Virus record (IMG/VR): IMGVR_UViG_3300020469_003050
Coordinates: 124,001 to 188,000 of that record
Strand: one strand, 5' to 3'
Length of the DNA stretch: 64,000 bases
A program made the translations under genes and the position numbers. Shown here piece after piece: positions 19,094 through 28,576 of this stretch. Numbering within the stretch: position 1 is the first letter of the stretch; each line of letters starts with the position of its first letter. Under the pieces are notes generated by a model. It was not told the DNA's origin, did not search any database, and worked only from the letters and a program-made list of their open reading frames with translations.

Positions 19094-19784
19094 GATTCCA
19101 TATTCTCGATTCCTTGATAGCTTTTTCTATGTCATCATAGTTTGTAATAATTTTAGTTTTGTCATCTTTAGATAGTTGTTTTGTAAGCCCATGTGGGTCG
19201 TTATCAATATCTATTATGTCACCTAAAGTTTCATAAGGATAAAAATGACATGTATACTTGTCTTTCATTTCTTCAACGACTCTGCTATAAGCCTGATGTG
19301 ATAAGTCAAATGTTTTTATATAATGTTCAATAAGTCCTTTATCTACTTCGAAAGGTTCGTATATTGCTTTCTTACGCTTTCTTACAACCCAATTACCTGA
19401 TTGTTCTGCGATAATAAAACTACAAATTGTATCTATCATATCATGTCTGAAACTAAAATGTAAATCAGTTACACCTGTTATCTTAAAGAAATTATGTACT
19501 TTAGCAAAATCAAATTCATAAAGTGCATACCTAGATTTTTGTTTCATGCCATCACGTAATCCACACATGATGTTCCACTTCATGCACCATTCTATTTCAG
19601 GATATTTTTTGTTTATATCAATCATCAAACCTAGGTACCAGTCATATTCATCATCATGAATTTCTGTTGACTCTAACCCATGCTCATAAAAATTAAATGG
19701 AGGTGTACATAAATTCTCTGCTATATGGTTACCAACAACGGTACTCCCAGTCCTTGCATTGTACATTACTAAGTGTCGTTTCAT
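19053..19784 (-). CDS. Stf0-like sulfotransferase
   Basis: YNARTGST (5'-phosphosulfate loop) and FRHDMIDTICSFIIAEQSGNW. Confidence 0.7.
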   Translation of the reverse strand: MKRHLVMYNARTGSTVVGNHIAENLCTPPFNFYEHGLESTEIHDDEYDWYLGLMIDINKKYPEIEWCMKWNIMCGLRDGMKQKSRYALYEFDFAKVHNFFKITGVTDLHFSFRHDMIDTICSFIIAEQSGNWVVRKRKKAIYEPFEVDKGLIEHYIKTFDLSHQAYSRVVEEMKDKYTCHFYPYETLGDIIDIDNDPHGLTKQLSKDDKTKIITNYDDIEKAIKESRIWNREYDESTGVYTLE

Positions 19785-21328
19785 TCAACTTTTACTCCTC
19801 CTAGTGCATCGTTTTCAGTATCCCAACCACCAACTTTTTCGTGAGCATCATCACCGCCTTCATAATCTTTTGTAGTAGCAGGGTCGCCTGCTCTGTCACT
19901 TACTTTGAATATTAATTCTTTATTTAAGATTTGCTCTCTGTTTGGTGCATCTGCCTTTAATGTTTCATACCAATCTGCGATAGGTCCTTTAAATACTTCT
20001 CTGAAATCATGTCCTCTTCGTACATCAAACTGAGAAAAGAATGCTTTAAAATCATTGTATAGTTTCGGAGTTTCTGCTGTATTCTTATGAGGTGTTTTAA
20101 CAATATCAAGATAATCAATTAATCTTTGGATACTTGCTTTCTCGCCTTCTGATAGTTTTTGTTGTGGTCTTTCTGTTCTAAACCATGCTTCTAGTTTATC
20201 TTTGTAAAATGTTTTTACAGTTTCTGGAAGTATTGCCGCACTTTGAAAAGATGGGAAACGCAAAATGTTAAGTGTCATAGTAGGCGCACGTTGTCCGTAT
20301 TCGTCACGCAAGTCTAACATTTCATCCATGAAATCTGTAATTGTAACTAAGCATAATGAGTTGATAGTCATCATCATGTGTAGCTTTTTTACATTTGATT
20401 CTTTTAATACACGATGAATATTTGATTTCCATAAATCGTAATCAAGTCCATCACGAATATATTCTGCTTGAGACTTAGTTGCTTCCATTGATGTATAGAT
20501 TTCAAAATTAGGAACGAACCAAGATTTCTCAATAAGTTTATCTAGTACTTTTGGTTTCTCAGGAGATAGATTAGAATTGATAGCGAAACGCATATTTCGT
20601 CCTCTATCAGGGTTTTGTTCAAACCAATCAAACAATCTCCATGTACCTCTATGCATAATAGGCTCACCACCTGTTATACGAATTTCTTCTAAGCAATCTG
20701 CTAAATCACTTTCCCACCATTTGTGGAATGCTTGAATATATGGATTGTCTTCTTCTTTCTTTGATACTGGTGCCGCCCATGGTGCATTATCAACAAAGTG
20801 ACCACGCCCATCTGATTGTATATTCTGATACGAACCAAACGTATTAATATCTTTAACCCATGCAGTTGAGAATGCAGGATTGCAATATGAACATTTTAGA
20901 TTACATGCTCTATCGAATGATATTTCAAGTGTACGTAAATTTACATTATCGTCCCATGGCATTTCCATGCTCTTATCAATATCCTCATCTTTGAAGATTT
21001 CAGTTTTGAATACACGGTCTGATATGTGGTCTTTGCCCATATCTTCAACTTTCCAACAGTATTCACATTCAGCAGGACGTTTGCCTTCTTGCATATGTTT
21101 ACGCATAAGTTTTTTATGCTTTGTGTTATGAATAGCACTTGGGTTATCTTTAATTTCTTCTAATGGGATCCAGTGACCAGGTGGGTGGTGACAACTAGCA
21201 GTCTGACCATGTCCTAGCCAGATTGTAGCATTGTACCACTTAGCCGCACAATAACTAGCACTCTTGCTATCTATCATACGTTCTTTATATTGATGGAGAG
21301 TTTCACCCTCCCAATGTTTACGACCCAT
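19781..21328 (-). CDS. N-terminal twitch-domain radical SAM protein
   Basis: YCAAKW...SCHH...CEYCW before CNLKCSYC; RITGGEP. Confidence 0.9.
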   Translation of the reverse strand: MGRKHWEGETLHQYKERMIDSKSASYCAAKWYNATIWLGHGQTASCHHPPGHWIPLEEIKDNPSAIHNTKHKKLMRKHMQEGKRPAECEYCWKVEDMGKDHISDRVFKTEIFKDEDIDKSMEMPWDDNVNLRTLEISFDRACNLKCSYCNPAFSTAWVKDINTFGSYQNIQSDGRGHFVDNAPWAAPVSKKEEDNPYIQAFHKWWESDLADCLEEIRITGGEPIMHRGTWRLFDWFEQNPDRGRNMRFAINSNLSPEKPKVLDKLIEKSWFVPNFEIYTSMEATKSQAEYIRDGLDYDLWKSNIHRVLKESNVKKLHMMMTINSLCLVTITDFMDEMLDLRDEYGQRAPTMTLNILRFPSFQSAAILPETVKTFYKDKLEAWFRTERPQQKLSEGEKASIQRLIDYLDIVKTPHKNTAETPKLYNDFKAFFSQFDVRRGHDFREVFKGPIADWYETLKADAPNREQILNKELIFKVSDRAGDPATTKDYEGGDDAHEKVGGWDTENDALGGVKVE

Positions 21329-22886
21329 ATTTACTCTCGTATTCTTCCTTAGCTTCGTTCCAGAAAGCAGTCATTTCGGGGAATGTTTCTAAGAAGTTTA
21401 ATCCCCTACGTTCATCATATTGTGAAAAATATTCATGAAAACGAATTAAATGATTACTTAAATCTTCATCACTCATATTTAGCCCTTGTTTGGCCCACGC
21501 CAAATCACGCTCAAGTTTTAATACTTCGTAATTCTTAAATCCTGTATACTTTCTGCCATATAAATCATTCTCTAATACATTGGCTTTCATAAAATCAATG
21601 TTATCTTGTATCATGTCTAGTAATTCTTGGTCAGCTAATTGAATGGTCATCCAGTCAGGATATCTTAGATAAGGAATGTCAAACCAAACTCTTTGTCTTT
21701 TCTTTCTTACAAATGGTGGGTGTTTAAATCCATCATGGTCAGGCGGTTGAATTATTTTATCTTCTTGATTTTCATATCCAAATTCTTCACGTAAGTCTAA
21801 TATCATTTGTAAGAACCCACGTAGATTTGGTATACTCAATAACTGAAACGTATTAATAAAAGAAATTTCTGTACCGTCAGTCTCACTTAACACTCTACGA
21901 CAATTCTCATATAGTGTATCAAAGTTTAAACCGTCACGCATATATTCTGCTTGTTTACCTACACCATCAACACTAACATACAAACTAAAATGCTTACATG
22001 CTGGTGCAACGTACCAATGATTTCCACTATCAGGATTAAATCTTTTTGGATCTTCCCATACACGAATTTCTTCTAGTGCTTTAATCTTATCAATAAACTT
22101 ATCCATTAACTTAGGACTTGGTGGAGACATGTTTGATGTAATACTCAAATCAAGAAAAGGATTTGGATTTTCATTTACGTAATCAAATACTTTAAATGTA
22201 TTGTTATCCATTAATGGTTCACCGCCTGTCATACGAAAAACTTTTAAGTCTCTGTATATCATTGGAAACCATTTCCAGAATGCTTCGATATAAGGATTGT
22301 CTTTACGTGCTACTTCAAGTGGCATAAGACCAGTCTTACGTAAGTAGTCTATATCATTATGACCTGTACCATTACTAAAACGAAATCCACCATGCTTCTT
22401 AACATCATCTTCCCATGCGGTACTTAGATGAGGTGAGCAATAACTACACTTTAGATTACATGCTTGATTGAAGTTTACTTCTACATAACGTGGTGTGATG
22501 TTATGATCCCATGGGTTGTTTACGACTTCGTCCCATGCATCTTTTACCCACCATTCACTTGAACGATAATGTCTATCACTCAGTCTACCACCCTTTGGGG
22601 CATCAGGTGCATCTTCAACATTCCAGCAATATTGACAACCTTCAGGACGGTCGCCGCATTTCATTTGCTTTCTTTCTTCTAACTTGAAGACTGTGTTGTG
22701 TAATGCATTTGGATCCTTTTTAAGTTCAGCTAAAGGAATCGGATGCGTTGGAGGGTGATAGCAACTGTGTGTTCTACCTTGTGGCAAATGCAAACTGACT
22801 TGTAACCACTTAGCCATACACATTGATGGCGAAAGAGAATTTAGTTTGTCTCTTGTTAATTGGGCATCATCGTCATAATTTGCCAT
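21318..22886 (-). CDS. N-terminal twitch-domain radical SAM protein (paralog of the 19781 gene)
   Basis: MCMAKW...SCYH...CQYCW before CNLKCSYC; RMTGGEP; VSVDG. Confidence 0.9.
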   Translation of the reverse strand: MANYDDDAQLTRDKLNSLSPSMCMAKWLQVSLHLPQGRTHSCYHPPTHPIPLAELKKDPNALHNTVFKLEERKQMKCGDRPEGCQYCWNVEDAPDAPKGGRLSDRHYRSSEWWVKDAWDEVVNNPWDHNITPRYVEVNFNQACNLKCSYCSPHLSTAWEDDVKKHGGFRFSNGTGHNDIDYLRKTGLMPLEVARKDNPYIEAFWKWFPMIYRDLKVFRMTGGEPLMDNNTFKVFDYVNENPNPFLDLSITSNMSPPSPKLMDKFIDKIKALEEIRVWEDPKRFNPDSGNHWYVAPACKHFSLYVSVDGVGKQAEYMRDGLNFDTLYENCRRVLSETDGTEISFINTFQLLSIPNLRGFLQMILDLREEFGYENQEDKIIQPPDHDGFKHPPFVRKKRQRVWFDIPYLRYPDWMTIQLADQELLDMIQDNIDFMKANVLENDLYGRKYTGFKNYEVLKLERDLAWAKQGLNMSDEDLSNHLIRFHEYFSQYDERRGLNFLETFPEMTAFWNEAKEEYESKYGS

Positions 22887-22892
22887 TAGAAT

Positions 22893-23873
22893 CTATTTGT
22901 CCCAACCGGTTTGCTTCTCTGTTGCTAATGGGTTGTTAACTCTTGGTGGGTTAGTGTAAACACGTTTAAAAAAAGATGCTACTTCTGGTGTTGGGTCACA
23001 TAATTCCATATCCATTTTATCTACTAAGATATCACCGATTTCTAAACATGCATCAAATAGTTTTTCATAATTCCATTCTACTTTTGTCTTTTCGCACTTC
23101 TGGTCTCCGCCTTGAAATTTAGGAAGCACTGTGTTATCAAAGTATTCTTTAAACCAGTCAAAGCTAGAAATGTTTGCTAGAATAAAATCAGGGTTAAGAT
23201 TTGTATCGTAACAACCTAATCTTGCACCGTAACATGCCCATATACCATTCTCTACATTTGCACCAATGTTCATCCATGTAATTAGACGTTCATAGTTCTT
23301 AGGCCATATACGTTTTTTAAATTCGTCTACTGGTACTTTCTTGCCTTCATCAAGTGACATTTTAGAACCTTCACGATAACCTGCACGAAAGGCTTGAAAC
23401 GGTGAGCCTGCATTATGTACTGTTGAATAAATGTTATTCATCTGAATATAATTTAAGTCCCAACAAAAATCTACTTTCTTTGTTTCGTCTACTGCGTTTT
23501 CATGTGTCTTCATATCTAATACAAGTTTCACTGGCCAGCATTTAATACCACCATTACCATATACTAGACCGTTTACTACATTCTTTGCAGACCAACTAAT
23601 AACTGAATTTTCTAAATCAGTACCAGCTGGAAATGTTAGTTCGATATCGAAAAACTTCTCATCTACGATATTATCACCATCAATAGTAACAAATCTTTCT
23701 GTATCACTTTGTCTTGCACATTCTTTGTGTGCGTTGTCAAATCCTTTGACACCATCTACTCTTTTTGCAAATGGAAATTTACTTATAATATCTGCCCAAT
23801 GTTCTTCTTTATTAGGCTCATCGTAACTTAGATAAAAAACATCTAATTCACCGATTTCTAGTTTGCTCATCAT
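22893..23873 (-). CDS. GT-A-fold glycosyltransferase-like protein
   Basis: DVFYLSYDEP...GVKGFDNAHKECA...FVTIDGDN (DxD). Confidence 0.55.
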   Translation of the reverse strand: MMSKLEIGELDVFYLSYDEPNKEEHWADIISKFPFAKRVDGVKGFDNAHKECARQSDTERFVTIDGDNIVDEKFFDIELTFPAGTDLENSVISWSAKNVVNGLVYGNGGIKCWPVKLVLDMKTHENAVDETKKVDFCWDLNYIQMNNIYSTVHNAGSPFQAFRAGYREGSKMSLDEGKKVPVDEFKKRIWPKNYERLITWMNIGANVENGIWACYGARLGCYDTNLNPDFILANISSFDWFKEYFDNTVLPKFQGGDQKCEKTKVEWNYEKLFDACLEIGDILVDKMDMELCDPTPEVASFFKRVYTNPPRVNNPLATEKQTGWDK

Positions 23874-24454
23874 GTTCTCCTGAATGAATATGTTTCCAGA
23901 AACTTCTGGGTATATAAACTTATACTGTATTTATTATATTCGAATTTAACTCTAGTTTCAGAACTCAATAACTTTGCGAACGGAATAGAGACTGTTTGTA
24001 TAATAAAATCTGGTCTGTTTTCATATGTTATGAAAAATGGGTGATGAGTTTTACCTGCAACTGTAACATTTTGATGTTCATCTACGTTTGCATTCTTTAT
24101 TACTTCTTTACTAGGAGAAAAGCAAAGTTCTGAACCATCCCATGTTACTGATATGTCACAATACTTTGTATCTGGCAAATTGTATAACTGAGTATCTTTG
24201 CTTCTTTGTTTTATATCTACCTTAGACTTAATAATCTCGTAAACAAATATATCATCTGTGCTTACAACTTTATAGTCTGAGAACTTAAAATCTCCAGTAA
24301 GAAAAGGTAATATAGCTTCCATAGAAAACCATGCACTCTTAAGTAATGGGTTATCTTCTGTTTGATTAGATGAAATACTAAGTATATCACCTGCATCATT
24401 GAAGTATACTACTCTTGCCTTTTCAGTTTCATGTGTGAACCCGGTGCTTCTCAT
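23870..24454 (-). CDS. hypothetical protein
   Basis: 194 aa ORF with 4-nt overlaps on both sides. Confidence 0.7.
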   Translation of the reverse strand: MRSTGFTHETEKARVVYFNDAGDILSISSNQTEDNPLLKSAWFSMEAILPFLTGDFKFSDYKVVSTDDIFVYEIIKSKVDIKQRSKDTQLYNLPDTKYCDISVTWDGSELCFSPSKEVIKNANVDEHQNVTVAGKTHHPFFITYENRPDFIIQTVSIPFAKLLSSETRVKFEYNKYSISLYTQKFLETYSFRRT

Positions 24455-25308
24455 ATATTCAGTGCCTTTTCATACATATTAATTTTTTCTTCTGTTAGCC
24501 ATTTCTTTTCAACGTAATGAAAAGGAAGTGACTGTTCGTAATTAGCTACACGAATTTTTAAGTCATGTGTCAACGTACTTGGTATACTATCTGTCCAAAT
24601 ACCTGATATCTTATTGTTAGGAATATTTTGAATATAACTTTTCATATGTACGAATGTAGGTACATCTTTAATATCATTATCAATAACTTCCTCTTCTAAA
24701 TCTAATAAACGTATAGCCAATGCATATGCCAAGTCTGCACTCATCCAGTCTTGACCTGTTCCTTTAAGAAATTTATCATAGTACACATTCCAATGAACCA
24801 TAATCAATTCAATCATTTTAAACAATTCGAATGCAGTATCAGATTCTTTAAAATACGTGAAGTTACTATATATGTTTGGTAAGTCTAATTGTGTAAATTT
24901 CTTACGATAATAATCGTCTGTTATTTGTTCATTTCTAAATGTCTTAACATGTGTACATGCCCAAACATCTTTCTTAGATAAATGTTCCCACCAATGGTCA
25001 ACAGGGTGTGTGAACAAAACATCTGTATCAAGAATGATAGTTTCTTTGAATGGTGTCATGTGTGGATACTTCCACTTGTTATGAATTTTCCATTTGTCTG
25101 CACCAGCATCATCATTCCATGGGATATCAACTATATGGTCAAACACTTCTTTGTGCTTACCAGTAAGTTGTGTTTTAGTATACTCATCAACGCATACACA
25201 AATTGCATTTTCTTTTTGTGTTGCTTTGAGTGATAAGGCTAAACCATATGCTTGAGTAAGATAATCATATGTACTATTCTGTGCTATGCAAATATATCCT
25301 CTACTCAT
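24451..25308 (-). CDS. GT8-like glycosyltransferase
   Basis: GYICIAQN...YLTQAYGLALSLK, TPFKETIILDTDVLF (DxD), VHMK. Confidence 0.7.
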   Translation of the reverse strand: MSRGYICIAQNSTYDYLTQAYGLALSLKATQKENAICVCVDEYTKTQLTGKHKEVFDHIVDIPWNDDAGADKWKIHNKWKYPHMTPFKETIILDTDVLFTHPVDHWWEHLSKKDVWACTHVKTFRNEQITDDYYRKKFTQLDLPNIYSNFTYFKESDTAFELFKMIELIMVHWNVYYDKFLKGTGQDWMSADLAYALAIRLLDLEEEVIDNDIKDVPTFVHMKSYIQNIPNNKISGIWTDSIPSTLTHDLKIRVANYEQSLPFHYVEKKWLTEEKINMYEKALNI

Positions 25309-26174
25309 AGAGTATCTCCTTGAGCCAATAGTTTATCTATATTACGTTCTATTGCAGACTTATTCATAATGTGTATATCTGTGTTAGTGAATCTAGCTAA
25401 TACATGTTCAGTTGTTTTCTCAGGCTTAGCACAATACATTATAATATCGTTGCTACTATTTACTCTAAAAATATCATCTAAATCGAAACTATTGTTTAGA
25501 TAGTCCATAGGTAGCGATGGTACGTTAGATGCTACTTGTCCATTTAAGATATGAACAGCCATTGAAAATGCAAAATCATTTCTGAATAATGTACCCGAAC
25601 AATTATACAAGTAGTAATAATACTTATAGTTTTCTTTTATGTGACTAACTAAAGTAAATAAGTTTTCAGTGTATTCAGATTTTCTAAAATAGAACACTGT
25701 TGCCCAATACATTGGTATGGAGAAATCATCAATATAGGATATGTTACCGCCATGTCTACCAGCAACATCCCTATATTGACAATTAATCATGAAGTCGTTT
25801 TCACTACCCCATACTTGGTCAAGTGTGTTACTCATTACAAAGTAATCACAATCGATAACCAAACTTTCTTCGTAAGGTGAGAGGTCATATATGTCGCTAC
25901 GTGACATATTGACAAAAGGTGCATACTGCGATTGGTTTGCAGTATCCTTAAATAGTCTTATATTACTATCTTGTTTTGATGCGGAAATAATAGTTCTATC
26001 GAAATACTTGTTTACTAATTCTTCATTATCTAATAATGACTCGTTGTTTGTAACTAAAGCAATTTCATCAAAACCTGATAAGTTCTTTCTAACATAACCT
26101 GCACATGTACATGCAATTTTTATGTAATCTAGTAACCCATTATTTGTCGCAAAGATTATAATTCCTTTGCTCAT
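25305..26174 (-). CDS. GT8-like glycosyltransferase (paralog of the 24451 gene)
   Basis: GIIIFATNN, SPYEESLVIDCDYFV (DxD), RNDFAFSMA, IHIMNK. Confidence 0.7.
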   Translation of the reverse strand: MSKGIIIFATNNGLLDYIKIACTCAGYVRKNLSGFDEIALVTNNESLLDNEELVNKYFDRTIISASKQDSNIRLFKDTANQSQYAPFVNMSRSDIYDLSPYEESLVIDCDYFVMSNTLDQVWGSENDFMINCQYRDVAGRHGGNISYIDDFSIPMYWATVFYFRKSEYTENLFTLVSHIKENYKYYYYLYNCSGTLFRNDFAFSMAVHILNGQVASNVPSLPMDYLNNSFDLDDIFRVNSSNDIIMYCAKPEKTTEHVLARFTNTDIHIMNKSAIERNIDKLLAQGDTL

Positions 26175-26557
26175 TAGATTTCCAAGACCTTCTCAATCTT
26201 ACGTGAACTACGTAACTTTTGATAGTCATTATAGTATTCATTGATAACTTCAAAATACAAACTAGAAATATCTTCTAGGAACTTAGTAGTATCTTCAATT
26301 TTAACTGGAATATCATTCTTATCAAGCAAGATTACTTCTGTCTTGCCTGCACTAACAATAGTACTCATAAATCCAATTAACTCTTGCGATACTTTAAATG
26401 TACCACCATAACTACTGTAACTCAGTAAATTCTGTGTTTTAACTTTTAGGTTGTTTTTATTAAGGTTGAAAGTCTGCATAGTGTTCGAAAACTCTAATGC
26501 TCTTTCTAGCCGTTCAAGTTCGGTACTTGAAGGCGTAATATTCTCTTTTTTTGACAT
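26174..26557 (-). CDS. hypothetical protein
   Basis: Likely start ATG 26557 (MSKKENITP) with RBS AAGGAG. Confidence 0.7.
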   Translation of the reverse strand: MSKKENITPSSTELERLERALEFSNTMQTFNLNKNNLKVKTQNLLSYSSYGGTFKVSQELIGFMSTIVSAGKTEVILLDKNDIPVKIEDTTKFLEDISSLYFEVINEYYNDYQKLRSSRKIEKVLEI

Positions 26558-26581
26558 GGTTATACTCCTTGTATTCTTATA

Positions 26582-26610
26582 ATAATACAAGAAAATAGGG
26601 CGTTTGTCAA
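26582..26610 (-). promoter_or_regulatory. sigma70-type promoter heading the minus-strand glycan/radical SAM operon
   Basis: Minus strand TTGACA-N17-TATTAT. Confidence 0.65.
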
Positions 26611-26613
26611 GCC

Positions 26614-27567
26614 TTAAAGTTGTGAAATGTGCGAAAATGTTGGGGAAGTGATTACTACACCATTACCTGATGCATCTTGGTCGTCTGCACGTAGCAAATC
26701 TAGTTGTACTGTTAGAGTTCCTGCTACGTAATCTGTCAAATTGAACGTACTTGTAGTGTAAGCATCAATAAAATCTAGCTTAAAATCTATAGCATTATTG
26801 CCATTTAGTCTAGCATATACTTCAAATTGGTTATTTGTATAGTATCCACTGCTACCATCACCGCCTGATTTTTCGTAGATTTTAGCATATGTTGATGTTA
26901 AAGATGTAAATCCTCCAGCTGGAGTACCTACACCGCCTGTCGCTTCTGTAAGATTATGACTTAGTTTTAATATACCGATATTAGAAAACATCGTTTGCCA
27001 ATCTACACTTTGCTTGTGTGATGCATCAACACCTGTTAATGATGTATCTATTCTTAAGTCACTGCCTGTATTAAAGAAATGTCTACGTGCATCTTCATCT
27101 GCAAATATAACAGATACTTCATAGTTTACGTTTGAACTCCAAGTGTGTACTGCGCCAGCACCTGGAACATCGAATGTTTTTGATGATGATATTTTGTTTG
27201 ACTCTGCCGTCATTTGTGCTATGTCAAAGTTTAATTTATTTGCACGAACATTGGTGATATCTACTTCTAAGTTCGGTAGCAATTTAATTATTTGTCCTGC
27301 AGAAGGAAACTCAGGGTCATTAGTATCTTCCGGTGAGTTGATAGTAGTGCCCTGATGTCTTCCTGCAAATTTTAAGGCAGTTAGGAGTAACTGCATATGA
27401 GAAGCATTAATTTTTGTGCCACTTGCTACGTGAGGGATAACGAGTTGGTCTTGACCATAACCTGAGTCGCCCGCACCAATTCCAACAATTTCGTTTATAT
27501 CATCTGCGAAACCGTTATAATCGGATGCTCGTATCTTTCCTCCTAAGTAGTAACTTTGTGGTGCCAT
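26614..27567 (-). CDS. virion structural protein (fibre/baseplate-associated)
   Basis: N-terminal IRASDYN...GYGQ; FADEDARRHFFNTGSDLRI is shared with the neighbouring paralog; S/T/G-rich. Confidence 0.6.
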   Translation of the reverse strand: MAPQSYYLGGKIRASDYNGFADDINEIVGIGAGDSGYGQDQLVIPHVASGTKINASHMQLLLTALKFAGRHQGTTINSPEDTNDPEFPSAGQIIKLLPNLEVDITNVRANKLNFDIAQMTAESNKISSSKTFDVPGAGAVHTWSSNVNYEVSVIFADEDARRHFFNTGSDLRIDTSLTGVDASHKQSVDWQTMFSNIGILKLSHNLTEATGGVGTPAGGFTSLTSTYAKIYEKSGGDGSSGYYTNNQFEVYARLNGNNAIDFKLDFIDAYTTSTFNLTDYVAGTLTVQLDLLRADDQDASGNGVVITSPTFSHISQL

Positions 27568-27601
27568 CTTATTAACCTATCTCTTTTCATTAGAAAATCT
27601 A

Positions 27602-28513
27602 TTAAGCTAGATTGTCTATTACCGTAAAACTTGGGTTCGAAATATTTACAGAACCCGCATCGGAGTTAGCTAACTTCAATGAATTGACTGTTACTGTAGA
27701 TGTGCCTACCACTTGGTCTGCACCTGTCCATGACCATGCTCCGCCATATCCTGAACCAGAATCTGACCTCGCTGTATGGGCATCTACCAATTTAATTTTA
27801 ACAAAAACTTGATTGGTATCTTTGTATGCTTCGATGCATATATAGTTTGAACTATAATCACTATCGTCTGCATATTCTTTTTTAATTTCTGTATAAGAAC
27901 CAGTTAAGTCTGAATATTTTTTACGTGTTGAAGAATCAACGTTAGTTGAGTCTGTTGGACGTACTGAAATTCTGTATGTTCCTAATTCTGCTGTTAATTG
28001 CTCCCATGAAGTTCCTTGCTGATTGTTAGTTGTATCATTGTGTGATGCAGTAACTCGGATTTCTCCGCCAGCTGAGAACCATGCATCCATATTGTTTGCA
28101 TCTGAGAATGTAACTCTTACGATTTGTATTTTCTCACCGTTCCAGTCACTCACTGTTTGTGAAGTTTCCTGTGTTACACTCATGTCCCAACCACTTGAAT
28201 TGTTCCAAGGATTATCAAAGTGGTCACTGATAGTTGAAGTAAAAGACGTTGCATCGTTAAAAAATTGCTCATCTTCAATTACATCACCAGCATTAACCGC
28301 CGTAAAAGGATTTGTAATGTTATAATAATTTGCTACCTTACTTGCCGCAGAAAAAATAGAATCTTGATATGCATCATCGATTGTATCACCTGCCGCAGGG
28401 TTGGCCGCTACCGTGTGACTTTGGTTATAGCCACCGTGAACACCTGTTCCGTTTAGTATCGAATTCAAGGTGTCTCTTAGTGTACTTAAGTCACTGTTTG
28501 ATATCACCGCCAT
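27602..28513 (-). CDS. virion structural protein, paralog of the 26614 gene
   Basis: GYNQ...FSDANNMDAWFSAGGEIRV; both proteins end in a similar xSPTF/NPSF motif. Confidence 0.6.
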   Translation of the reverse strand: MAVISNSDLSTLRDTLNSILNGTGVHGGYNQSHTVAANPAAGDTIDDAYQDSIFSAASKVANYYNITNPFTAVNAGDVIEDEQFFNDATSFTSTISDHFDNPWNNSSGWDMSVTQETSQTVSDWNGEKIQIVRVTFSDANNMDAWFSAGGEIRVTASHNDTTNNQQGTSWEQLTAELGTYRISVRPTDSTNVDSSTRKKYSDLTGSYTEIKKEYADDSDYSSNYICIEAYKDTNQVFVKIKLVDAHTARSDSGSGYGGAWSWTGADQVVGTSTVTVNSLKLANSDAGSVNISNPSFTVIDNLA

Positions 28514-28576
28514 GTTTTTACTCCTAAATTTGACTAGTCATTAAATTCTTAATCAAGAGATATTTCCGGATTTCTC

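Noticed and set aside
13439-22886. RiPP (peptide maturase) interpretation of the radical SAM cluster
   Set aside because: No short precursor ORF, RRE/PqqD domain or transporter; the neighbours are all sugar-related. Not formally excluded.
5294-26557. DNA hypermodification role for the island
   Set aside because: No thymidylate-synthase-like hydroxymethylase, deazaguanine genes or DNA GT-B glucosyltransferases recognised. Kept only as a lower-ranked alternative.
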